Source: Candidatus Uhrbacteria bacterium (GTDB lineage: Bacteria > Patescibacteriota > Patescibacteriia > UBA9934 > GWF2-40-263). Taken from it: a stretch of DNA of 64,000 nt. The notes below the pieces were generated by a model that worked only from the letters and a program-made list of their open reading frames with translations, had not been told where the DNA came from and ran no database searches. The stretch lies in the NCBI GenBank assembly GCA_023246355.1, contig JAHFIQ010000001.1, positions 350,247-414,246 of the forward strand. Direction: 5' to 3'. Position numbers and translations under genes: made by a program. Shown one piece after another: positions 1-10,800 of the stretch. Within the stretch, counting starts at the first letter, position 1. Each line of letters begins with the position of its first letter.

Positions 1-23
1 TCTCATCGGTCTCTGGTATCGCG

Positions 24-587
24 GTGAATGACTACATTGTCCTTATTCAGGATCGCGGTGTCAGTCAAGTCTCAGCCATGGGTAAGGTCACGAGTATTGG
101 CGGCTCAACACTCACAGTCGACTCACTCACAAACAGTGGCACAGCACCTTCGATCGACGGAACGAATGACTACGTCTATGTCCTGAGCGGGGCCACCGTT
201 TCCTATGGAACGCTCAGTGACTCATCCGTGAGCACAGCGATCATTTCATTCGAGGTTTCAGCGGACAGTGCAAGTGGCTATGTCATTCAGATGAATGATG
301 ATGGCAATCTCAGATCAAGCTCGAGCGATGTTGATGATGTGAGTGACGGGACGGTCTCGGAGGGTTCAGAAGAATTTGGTGCTCGTTCATCAGACGCCAC
401 GCTAACCAGTTCAACGTTCGACACAGCAGATTCTGCTATCACAACGACCAGACAGGACGTTGTCACCAGAGGTTCAGTCACGATGTCAGATCGAAGTTTC
501 GTCACACTCAAGGCCTCGATCAGCACTTCGACATCGGCTGGCTCCTACGGAAATGTGATCTCTTTCATTGCGTCAGGAAATTTCTAG
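24..587 (+). CDS. Hypothetical Ser/Thr/Asp-rich protein; the frame stays open to the window edge, so it may be the C-terminal part of a larger protein
   Basis: ORF with GTG at 24 and no in-frame stop upstream to position 3; low-complexity S/T/D-rich composition with no Trp; sits at the head of a surface-protein cluster. Confidence 0.35.
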   Translation: MNDYIVLIQDRGVSQVSAMGKVTSIGGSTLTVDSLTNSGTAPSIDGTNDYVYVLSGATVSYGTLSDSSVSTAIISFEVSADSASGYVIQMNDDGNLRSSSSDVDDVSDGTVSEGSEEFGARSSDATLTSSTFDTADSAITTTRQDVVTRGSVTMSDRSFVTLKASISTSTSAGSYGNVISFIASGNF

Positions 588-590
588 ACT

Positions 591-1511
591 ATGAAAAGAC
601 TGCAACCATTCTTGATCAGCCTTTTCACGATGCTTCTCATTCCATCGGTTGCTTCTGCTGTTTCTGTTGCACCAACAAATCTTGAACTCACAGCTGAGCG
701 TGGTCAAACCATTTCCTCCAGCATCACTGTCCTGAATACACAAGCCTCCGATCAAGAATATTTCGTAGATCTCATGAGTTTTAAACCAAAGGACGATTCT
801 GGTACACCAGAATTTTTTTCTTCAGACGACTTCGCAAATGATTTAACAGGTTGGATACTATTTGACAGCAAGTCTTACATTGTTCCAGCTCTTTCTTCCT
901 CCGAAATTCCATTCCAAGTTGTTGTTCCAGATGATGTTCCATCTGGTGGCTATTACGCTGCCGTAACAGTTTCACCCGCACCAGCAGATGTTGTTGCTGC
1001 TAATGGGGCGATCATTGAAGCAAAAACAGCTGTACTCGTGCTACTGACCGTGGAAGGCGAGACGCAAGAAGATCTTGAGCTGTTGGATTTTGCTAGCACG
1101 GGTGGAGCTTTCGATCTCCCGCGACGTTCATTTCAGTTCCGATTACAGAATCAAGGCAATGTTCATGTCACACCGGTTGGAAACATCAAACTGACAGGTT
1201 TGTTTGGCCAAACGATTCTTGACCTTGATGCAAACAAAGATGAAGGTCGAGTGCTTCCAGCATCGACACGGATGTTTGCTGTGACGTCCAGCGATGAATC
1301 AACAAGTTGGTACGACACCGTCGCTTTTCAGCTCAGTCACCTCGCGATTGGTCCGGTCACAGCCACACTCGATCTCACATACGGAGAAAGTGGAGCGATT
1401 CAATCCTCACTTTCATTTTGGGTATTTCCCTGGCAGCTTCTTGTCACGCTCGTGGGCTTGCTGATCGTCTTGTGCGTTGGGTATCGATTCCTTAGACGAA
1501 AACGCTTGTAA
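591..1511 (+). CDS. Cell-surface protein with N-terminal signal peptide and C-terminal transmembrane anchor plus basic tail
   Basis: N-terminus MKRLQPFLISLFTMLLIPSVASA is a typical signal peptide; C-terminus LLVTLVGLLIVLCVGYRFLRRKRL is a TM helix followed by positive residues; beta-rich middle. The architecture is reminiscent of DUF916/CscA-type anchored surface proteins (from memory, unverified). Confidence 0.6.
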   Translation: MKRLQPFLISLFTMLLIPSVASAVSVAPTNLELTAERGQTISSSITVLNTQASDQEYFVDLMSFKPKDDSGTPEFFSSDDFANDLTGWILFDSKSYIVPALSSSEIPFQVVVPDDVPSGGYYAAVTVSPAPADVVAANGAIIEAKTAVLVLLTVEGETQEDLELLDFASTGGAFDLPRRSFQFRLQNQGNVHVTPVGNIKLTGLFGQTILDLDANKDEGRVLPASTRMFAVTSSDESTSWYDTVAFQLSHLAIGPVTATLDLTYGESGAIQSSLSFWVFPWQLLVTLVGLLIVLCVGYRFLRRKRL

Positions 1512-4500
1512 AAAAATCTGTGTGTTTCTATTTAGAAGGCTCATTCAAACTCTCACACTAGCCATCGTGACTTTCACGATGTCTGCTGTGGTTGTTTCAA
1601 CAGCCAACGCGGCAACGATTACCGGAGTGAACGACTACCCAACCACGCTCCAGTCGTCCCAAGCTGCCAATCACACCGTGCTCTTTACAACACCAACAGG
1701 TGCAGCACTTGGCTCCACGATCACGCTTTCGTTTTCCACGCCGTTTGATACATCCACGATTACGGAAGACGATGTGGATGTGGCAGATGATGGAGTTGAT
1801 CTCACGACAGCTGCGACATGTGCAGGAACGGAACAGGCTTCTGTTTCTATCGCATCAGACGTTGTCACCATCACGATTTGTGCAGGTGATGGCGGCGCGA
1901 TTGCTGCCGCGTCTCAGATCACCATTGAGATCGGAACAAATGCCACTTCATCAGGAACAGGTTCAAATCGCATCACCAATCCGACTTCCACTGGAACCTA
2001 TTTCCTGAGCGTGGCTGGTACGTTTGGCGATGCTGGATCGATTGCGCTTCCCATTGCAGGAGATGATTCTGTATCCGTGACCGCTGATGTGGCTTCTCGC
2101 TCCAGTGGAACAGGAACAGGAGGCGGATCCTCGCCAACATCAGACACAACCGCTCCCACGATCAGCAACATCGTGGTGAGCAATGTGACGGAAACAAGCG
2201 CGACTATCACTTGGACCACAGATGAATCGTCCACCAGCTCGGTGAGCTATGGGATAACCAGCGACGCTGATGACTCGACGAGTTCCGATAGTTCATCCAC
2301 GACGTCCCACTCCACCACTCTGACAGGTCTTACCGCTGGGGAGACGTATTACTTTACGGTGAGCTCAACCGATAGCAGTGGTAACAGCGCGACTTCATCT
2401 GTTCAGTCATTCACAACGCTCGACGATACTGGTCCAGTGATTTCAAATGTGGAAGTCGTGAACATCACAACCACTTCTGCAACAGTCACCTGGACAACAG
2501 ATGAAGCCGCTGACAGTACCGTTTCCTACGGTGAGACCACGAGCTACGATTCATCAGAATCTGATAGCAGTCTTGTTACGTCGCATTCCATCACTCTGAC
2601 AGATCTCACTCCTGGGACCACGTACGACTTTCAAGTGCTGTCCTCAGATTTTTCTGGAAACCAATCGTACACAGATAACGACACATTTGAGACAGACGAA
2701 GACGGGACACCGACAAATGTTTCAGATCTCGCCGCAGATGCAGGAGACGAAACGATCGTTCTGACTTGGACAAATCCTGACGATGAAGATTTGGCTGGGG
2801 TTCTCATCCTTGTGTGCGTCAACGAATATCCAGACGGACCAAACGACGAAGATTGCACAGAGGTCGATGCGGGACTTGCTGAGTCTTACACACTCACAGG
2901 TCTCACAAACGGAACAACGTATTACATTGGTGTGTTCGCTTACGATGATGCAGGGCAATTTGCTTCTGGCGCTCTTGTGACAGCTGTCCCAAGTGCTTCA
3001 GAAAATGAGGTGCCCTCCGAAGAGACAACGGAGGCAGAAGAGGAACCTGGTACAGAAGAGCCAGGTGACGAAGAGACATCTGTTCCAGATTCCGGAACAG
3101 GTGAAGAAACAACTCCAGGTGAGGAACCCTCATCCGGAGAAGATCTTACGACTGGAGAGGCGTCAGAGGAACCTACCTCCTTGGGTGCGGAGGATGGGAC
3201 TTTGAGTGATGCCGATATCCAGTACTTTGTGGAAGAAGAATCACTTGAGCTGACCACGGACACCTCTGTGGTCGAAGTGCTTTCCGAAAGCACTGTGCTT
3301 ATTTCGATTCCCTCCTCGGAAATTTCAGATGACGCCACCTCTGTCTTGGTGACGATCGGTTCTGAAACATACCTCATGGTGTTCAATGAGGAGTCCGGTT
3401 CCTATGAAGCAGAAGTCATGCTTTCCGACGCGGACGGTGTGTACACACTGACCGTGACTGTCGCCTCAGGCGATGGGTCGGAGTCTGTTTCTTCATACCT
3501 GTACATCGTCAATCCAGGCGATGTCTACCAGGTCGTCGATGATGAAGAAGCAGCCGTGGCCGATGCAACAGTAACACTCTATGAAGTGGTAGATGGTGAG
3601 CTGATCGTTTGGGATGGTTCCCCGTACGGTCAGGAGAATCCCACTCCCACAGCGGCAGATGGTACGTTCGCTTGGTATGTTCCAAACGGAACATACGTCG
3701 TGGTCGTGACGGCTGAGGGGTTTGAAACAGCACAAACCTCACAGCTCGTAATCGATAACGGCATTGTGAATCCTAGGATTCTTCTGACGGCCCTGGCGGT
3801 GCCTGAGGAAGAACAAGGAACAGCTCTTGAAGAAGGAGAGACCACCTCCCTTATTCAAAACGTTCTCTCTGTCTCCTCGGTTGAGGCCTTGCAAGAGGCG
3901 CTCTCTCAACTGCGAGACATTCCAGGTGTAGAAACGGCCGCTGAGATTTCGACGCCCGTGCTTGCCCTTGGTGCAGGTGTGAGCTTGGTCGTGCTGTCTC
4001 TGGCCTACGATTTCCTGTCTCTTCTTCAATATCTTTTTACAGCGCCTCTCCTATTTTTGTGGCGCCGCAAGAGGAAAGGATACGGAGTCGTCTACAACGC
4101 GATTGGCAAAAAACCAATCGACTTGGCTCTGGTACGTCTGTACCAGCTGACAAACGGTGAGGAGGCGACGCCACGCTCCGGCCGCCTCCTCCAAAGTCGT
4201 GTTACCGACCGCGAAGGTCGCTACTACTTTCTTGTGTCCCCTGGACGGTATCGGTTGAGTGTCACCAAATCTGGGTTCGAGTTTCCCTCGGAGTATTTGA
4301 AAGGTGAGAACACCGATGGTCAGTACTTGGATGTGTATCATGGCGAAGTGATTGAGGTGAAGGATAAGGATGCGGTCATCACGGCGAATATCCCGATGGA
4401 TCCGTCACAAGCAGATGCGTATCAAACACCATCGGCTGTTGTGTGGCACAAACGTCTGCGCAAGCTTCAGCACAGCTTCTCAGCTCTCGGGATTGTGGCA

Positions 4501-4887
4501 GCACTTGCCTTTGCGATCATCCGTCCAACGCCTTGGTCAATCACCATGGTCTTCATCCAACTCGCGGTGTATCTGCTGGTGCGACGACTTGCCAAACCAT
4601 ACAAGCCCATGAACTGGGGAATCGTGTATGACAAAAACACGGGTCGGCCGTTAGCTCGTGTTGTCGCTCGTATCTTTGAGCCCAAGTACAACAAATTGCT
4701 CGAGACACAAGTGACAGATAGCAAAGGACGGTATGCGTTCTTGCTGGGACCAAACGAATACTTTGCGGTGTTTCAAAAAGATGGCTATCAGACCGCAGAA
4801 GTTCGACCGATCGATTACTCGGCACATGAAGAACCAGCGAACTTCGGTGAGACCGTTGCCCTTGAACTCAATCAAACCGCAACCTGA
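1477..4887 (+). CDS. Large multidomain envelope protein: signal peptide, 3 fibronectin-III-like repeats, acidic E/P-rich linker, two carboxypeptidase-regulatory-like (Cna-B-like) beta-sandwich domains interleaved with TM helices
   Basis: RR-containing signal peptide ...RRLIQTLTLAIVTFTMSAVVVSTANA (true start probably GTG 1519 or ATG 1579, since 1477 overlaps the upstream gene by 35 nt). Three repeats end in ATITWTT / ATVTWTT / IVLTWTN with a conserved Y..GLT.G.TYYF core. Segments DGTFAWYVPNGTYVVVVTAEGFE and REGRYYFLVSPGRYRLSVTKSGFE match the CarboxypepD_reg pattern. Several hydrophobic helices in the C-terminal third. Confidence 0.75.
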   Translation: MGIDSLDENACKKICVFLFRRLIQTLTLAIVTFTMSAVVVSTANAATITGVNDYPTTLQSSQAANHTVLFTTPTGAALGSTITLSFSTPFDTSTITEDDVDVADDGVDLTTAATCAGTEQASVSIASDVVTITICAGDGGAIAAASQITIEIGTNATSSGTGSNRITNPTSTGTYFLSVAGTFGDAGSIALPIAGDDSVSVTADVASRSSGTGTGGGSSPTSDTTAPTISNIVVSNVTETSATITWTTDESSTSSVSYGITSDADDSTSSDSSSTTSHSTTLTGLTAGETYYFTVSSTDSSGNSATSSVQSFTTLDDTGPVISNVEVVNITTTSATVTWTTDEAADSTVSYGETTSYDSSESDSSLVTSHSITLTDLTPGTTYDFQVLSSDFSGNQSYTDNDTFETDEDGTPTNVSDLAADAGDETIVLTWTNPDDEDLAGVLILVCVNEYPDGPNDEDCTEVDAGLAESYTLTGLTNGTTYYIGVFAYDDAGQFASGALVTAVPSASENEVPSEETTEAEEEPGTEEPGDEETSVPDSGTGEETTPGEEPSSGEDLTTGEASEEPTSLGAEDGTLSDADIQYFVEEESLELTTDTSVVEVLSESTVLISIPSSEISDDATSVLVTIGSETYLMVFNEESGSYEAEVMLSDADGVYTLTVTVASGDGSESVSSYLYIVNPGDVYQVVDDEEAAVADATVTLYEVVDGELIVWDGSPYGQENPTPTAADGTFAWYVPNGTYVVVVTAEGFETAQTSQLVIDNGIVNPRILLTALAVPEEEQGTALEEGETTSLIQNVLSVSSVEALQEALSQLRDIPGVETAAEISTPVLALGAGVSLVVLSLAYDFLSLLQYLFTAPLLFLWRRKRKGYGVVYNAIGKKPIDLALVRLYQLTNGEEATPRSGRLLQSRVTDREGRYYFLVSPGRYRLSVTKSGFEFPSEYLKGENTDGQYLDVYHGEVIEVKDKDAVITANIPMDPSQADAYQTPSAVVWHKRLRKLQHSFSALGIVAALAFAIIRPTPWSITMVFIQLAVYLLVRRLAKPYKPMNWGIVYDKNTGRPLARVVARIFEPKYNKLLETQVTDSKGRYAFLLGPNEYFAVFQKDGYQTAEVRPIDYSAHEEPANFGETVALELNQTAT
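2150..2990 (+). repeat. Three tandem FN3-like coding repeats of ~270-280 bp inside the 1136-aa protein
   Basis: Repeated protein motif (A/G)P(T/V)ISN(I/V)(V/E)V.N(V/I)T.TSAT(I/V)TWTTDE...SYG...Y.......H(S)(T/I)(T)LT(G/D)L(T)(A/P)G.TY(Y/D)F. Confidence 0.6.
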
Positions 4888-4899
4888 TCGCCCACATCT

Positions 4900-7800
4900 A
4901 TGTTCTTATCAGGGAGGAAACAATCTCTCGCCCTTGTCCTCATCACCCTCGTGTCGATGATGAGCTTTGTGTTTTCTTCCCAAGCCGCTGCGCCGACCAA
5001 CATCGTGACCTATCAAGGCCGATTGTTGAATTCAAATTCTGTCCCGGTTTCTGACACGAGCCTTTCCATGAAATTTTTCTTCTATACGGCTGTCACGGGT
5101 GGAACCTGTGTCTGGTCTAACTCTTCCGCGACATGCAACAGCAACACACCAGCTTCCACCACCGCTCGAACCGTCACACTCACCTCAGGACTCTTCACCC
5201 AAAATTTGGGCGACACGGGAGATTCCTTCGCCGCCATTTCCGATTCGATTTTTGCAGATAACTCAACCTTGTTTTTAGAAGTGATCGTTGGCAGTGAAAC
5301 GCTTTCCCCTCGTCGCCGACTCACCGCGGCTCCTTATGCTCTGAACGCACAGACATTGGATGGGATTGATTCTGGATCTTTTCTGCGCGACACAGGGGAT
5401 ACAGCCACGGGGGATTATGACCTGACCGGAGCCACTCTCTCGGGAGGTTCTCCGATTGTGTTGGAAGGTGCCTCCGCAAATAGCTTTGAAACAACACTGG
5501 CTCTGACAGATCCAACAGCTGATCGAACGATCACCTTTCAAAATGGCTCTGGCACGGTCGCGTTTTTGACAGACGTCACGGGTGGAGGTTTATGGGAGTC
5601 AGGCACATTTGTCTACGAAGATGATTCTGCTGTTGTGGTCGGCGCTGATGCCGCTTTCACGTATGCCAGTGGTGGTGTGGGAGATTTGCGTGTGGCAGAT
5701 CAGCTGGAAGTGCTTGATGATATTTTCGTTGATAATGATTTGGTTGTCGGCGCCTCGACGTCATCTACAGAAACGATTGCAAACAGTTCATTTAGTTTGG
5801 GCGGCAACGACTTCTTTGCGGCAAGTGATGTGGGTGTGGAAGGAAACGTCTATATCGACGGCGCGATTGATTTGGTTGGCACGGCGACGGTCGGTGACCT
5901 TGCCTGTACGGATTGTTTGGACTTTGCAGAACTTGTCGATGCCTTGTCTTTGGATGCCTCGACGTCCATAGCACTTGACGGAAGTGAAACGTTTTCGATT
6001 ACCAACGGCGGTACAGGCAATGTCATCACCAACCTCTCTTCCACGGGAGACTTTGTGATTCAAGATAATGGCGCGGCCATTCTCACGGTTGCGGACGATG
6101 ATGTTCTTACCTATTCAACGGACTTAACAACGACCAGTGCGATTGGATTCACAGGCAACAGTCTTACCACAGGAAGTCTGCTAAACCTTTCTGCCACAGG
6201 TCTCACAACCGGAACAGCTTTGACTGTGACGGCCAGCAATGTGAGCACAGCCAACTCGGCTTCAGTGCTGAATCGTTTCGTGTTGACCAACAGTCAATCG
6301 ACCATCGCCAATACAGGGATCACCGGTTTGTCTGTTGGGTTTACCAATGCCCCCTCCATTGCTGGAAACACAGAGCGAGTTGTGTCCATTAGCAACGAGT
6401 CCACAACCAACACAACAGATAACCTCGTTACAGCGTTGCTTGCTTTGGATAATGCTGATACATCGACGACGGGATCTACGGTTGTCACAGATGCGATCTC
6501 GATCGCCGTCTCAGGAGCGATTGCCAACGGCATCGTGGACGCGATCGACGCCTCGGATGCCAACATTACCAACGCCCTCAACATCGGAACCAACACGATT
6601 CTTGGTACGACCGGTGTGATTGATTTTAGCAGTTTTGATGTTGATGGGAGTGGGAATGTCACGGCGAATGATTTCATCTGCACGGACTGTGTGGACTTTA
6701 CCGAGATGATCGATGCCATGTCTTTGGATGCTTCAACATCGATCGCGATGGACGGTTCTGAAACCTACACCCTCACCAACGGCGGTACAGGCAATGTCGT
6801 CACCAACCTCTCCTCTACGGGAGACTTTGTTATCCAGGATAACGGTGCGGCCGTTCTCACCGTTGCCGATAATGATGTCTTTACCTATACAACGGATTTG
6901 ACGACCACCAGTGCGATGACACTTACAGGCAACAGCCTCACCACCGGGAGTCTTTTGAATCTGTCATCAACAGCTCTTACAACGGGTTCAGCCCTGAGTG
7001 TTGTGGCGACCAATGCCAACACAGCCAATTCCTCCACACGTTTGAGTCAATTCTCGTTTACGAACTCTCAAGCAACCGTTGCAAATGGAGATATTGCCGG
7101 ACTGTTTCTTAATTTTACGAACAGTCCATCGATTGGTGGCAACACCGAGCGTGCCATGTCGATTGTGAATGCTCCAACATCCAACACAACGGATAATGCC
7201 GTGGCTGCGCTTCTGTCTTTGGATAACGCTGATACGTCAGGAACAGGTTCTACGGTTATTACCGATGCCCTGTCGATCACGGTGTCAGGAGCGATTTCAG
7301 ATGGGATCGTGGACGCGATTGATGCTTCCGATAGCAACATCACTAACGCTCTCAATGTTGGTGCCAACACGATTACAGGAACGACCGCGGTGATTGACTT
7401 CAACAGCTTTGATGTGGATAACAGCGGTATTGTCACGGCGAGTGACTACGTGTGCACGGACTGTATCGACTTTGCTGAGCTCATCGATTCCATGTCTCTG
7501 GACGCGTCTACCTCTATTGCGATGGATGGCTCAGAAAACTTCACCGTGACCAATGGTGGAACAGGAAACATGGTTGTGAACCTGTCATCGACAGGCGACT
7601 TTGTGTTGCAGGATTCTGGATCACCCTTTTTCTCTATCAATGACAACAAAGTTATTTCTTATTCCACAGACCTTGCAACAAGCAATGCTGTGGCTCTCAC
7701 CGGCAACAGTCTTACCACCGCCAACCTGTTGACCCTGACAAGCACCGCACTCACGACAGGATCAGCGCTCTCAGTTACCGCCTCAAATACCAATACAGCC

Positions 7801-10800
7801 AATTCGATTTCGAGCATGGCCGTTTTTGCCCTTACCAACGCTCAATCAACAGTAGCCAATGATGATGTCAATGGTTTGGTTGTGAGGTTCACCAACAATC
7901 CGTCGGTTGCTGGAAACAATGAGCGCGCCATGGTGGTTACAAATCTTGCGACGAGCAATACCACAGACAACGCTGTCCAAGCTCTTCTCAATTTGGATAA
8001 TGGAGATACCAGCGCCACAGGTTCCACGGTTGTCACAAACGCCTTGATCGTCTCTGTTTCAGGATCGATTGCCGACGGCATTATTGATGCAGTCGATGCT
8101 TCTGACTCCAATATCACCAATGCTCTGAACATCGGATCAAACATCATTACAGGAACCACCGGTGTGATTGATTTCAATAGCTTTGATGTTGGACCGGTTG
8201 CTAGTGCCAATAGTGGGACGACAACTTCCATTGTTGATGTTGGATACGTCACTCCGGTGGATACCTCTGGAACAAATATTCACCAAGGCATCACTATTGA
8301 CATGGATATCGGTAACTCAACAGGCGGTACCAATAGTGTGAATGCACTTGAACTCGAGGGAATGACTGGAGATCCGGAGGTTGCAAACGTTCATGCGATT
8401 GATATCGGGGCTCTCACAGGATCTGCCGCGACAAATGAAACCGCTCTCCAAATTGGAACAGGGTGGGATGCGGATATTGCCTTCTTAAATGCCACTCAGG
8501 CAAGTCTGCGTATCCCAAATGGTTCACGACTTCAGTTTCAAGACTCGACGTCAACGGAAATTTTGACGCTTCAGGACGTTTCAAATTCTTTAAATCACAA
8601 CTTGGCCATTGATGCTGATACAGGGCTGTCATTTGATAGCAATGCGGATTCCGATGCAGACATCACGACTCCTACAGCCGAAGCTCTGCGCATCACGCCA
8701 GGTGGAGTTGGAGATGTTATTTTTACGATCGATGCAGACAGCAATGTCCAGATGACCGCAGGTGTTGCGCCGGGTGTGGACATGCTCTCGCTCTCAAACA
8801 GTGGTTTTGCAACAACCACAACGGATGTGAACGGGCTGCAAATTGATTTCAGTTCAACAGGTGCTGCCGCTCAGGCACTGTTTGTTGAAACGACGTATGT
8901 TGGTGGTGCGACAGATGCGCTTAACTTTGACGGTATTTTTATCGGAGATATCAATCCAACCAATGCCGCGGGGACGGACACGGTTGCGGGAATCCACATT
9001 GGAACCATCACAGATCCAGGCGCGAACATTACCTCCACTGGTCTTCGTATTGACGCAGGATATGATGCTAACATTGCCATCATTGACTCGTCATCTGTGT
9101 TCGATATCACCAACGGTGGCACGCTGGCGTTTCGAGACACCTCAAATACGATCATGCTCCTGACAGATAACGGTTCCGATGGGGTGCTGAGCATCAATAA
9201 CATTTCAACCGCTGATCCTGCGGTCAATGTGTACGACGTGGCTGTGAATACCACGATCGATATTGGTGGTGTGACGAACGATTCTGCCAACAGCGTGAAC
9301 ATTGCGACCAACGCGACCAGCGGAGACACGATTTCGATTGGAAACACGGCCGGCGGAACCAACGTCACGATCACGGCCGGTGGAACGATTGATTTGGAAG
9401 GGTCCGTGACAGCGGATTTGGCAGCCATTGGTGCCACACAGTTTGCGCTCTGTCACACCAATTCTGACACCAACGACGAACCGATCGGTGACTGTTCGGG
9501 TGCGCCAACCGCTGACTATGCGGAGCAATATCCTGTGGAGACTGGCATTTCGTATGGCGACATTGTGGTGCCTGGGGCGCGGGAAGTGACAACCACTGAA
9601 GGCCAGACCATTACACAACTTGTGAAATCTTCTGAGCCGTATCAAGGTCCCATCGCTGGAATCGTTTCCAATAACTACGGAGACTTTACCTCGGCTGGGT
9701 ACAACATTGAGGCGGGTGACAATCCCATGCCCATTGCCCTTGTCGGACGTGTTCCTGTGAAGGTGACAAACGAAGGCGGTGCCATTCAAGTAGGTGACTA
9801 TCTCACAACTTCTTCCACAGCTGGTCGTGCCATGAAAGCCAGTAAAGTCGGTCGCGTGATCGGCATGGCTTTGCAGAATTGGGATGGCGTGAGCGATACA
9901 ATCATGGTGCAGGTGAACAACTCTTGGTACATGGGAGAGGTGATTGGAACCGACGGTGTCTCAACGCTTGTCACGGACAATGTTGTTGTGTCCTCATTTG
10001 CAACCGCAACCGCTGAGGCACCGACCTTTGACTCCTACGGGCTCTCACTGCGAGGTTCTGTTTGGAATGGATCAGAAGCAGAAGCCGTGGAGATGATGAT
10101 GAAGAACGTTGTTGATAGTGAAGATGAGTATCGACTCAGCATTCGCAATACATCCGAAACCGAAGTTGCCTACATCACCGACGAAGGGACCATGAAGATT
10201 GCTGGTGACATGATCGTTGGTGGAAATTTGTATCCGTCGGATCGTGGAGTTCCTCAAACCGACAAATATATTTACTACGATGGATCAGAAGGGTCAGCTG
10301 GGGACTTCATGCGCACCAATGCCAAAGGTTGGTCCACGGGATCTTACGACTTTGCCGAAATGTTCCCGTCGTCTGAGACACTTGAGGCTGGTGAAGTAGT
10401 CGCGTTCTCCGGATCAGGCCATGACGTTATTCGTGCAACAGGTGCACAGGGAGAGCAACTTGCTGGTATCGTTTCCACACGTCCAGGATTTTTGGCTGGC
10501 GAGAACATCGAAGGTTCCTATCCAATCGCGCTTGCTGGCCGTGTCCCAACAAAGGTGAGTGAAGAGAATGGTGCGATCGCGATTGGCGATCCTCTGACAT
10601 CAAGTGCAACAACAGGCCTGGCCGTGAAGGCGAGTGAGAGTGGTCAGATTGTTGGTTATGCCTTGGAGGCGTATGACGGATCTCAGTCTGATGATCTGAT
10701 CCTCGTCTATGTGAATATCGGGTACTGGCAAGATGATACGGTGGTGCAAAACACAGCCTCAGAAGTTTCAGGCAATACAAATTTCTCTGCACTCAACATG

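Noticed and set aside
8871-9789. 188-aa and 194-aa ORFs antisense to the giant surface-protein gene
   Set aside because: Both are embedded in the 2179-aa gene. The sense-strand repeats and signal peptide are coherent; the antisense products are low-complexity.
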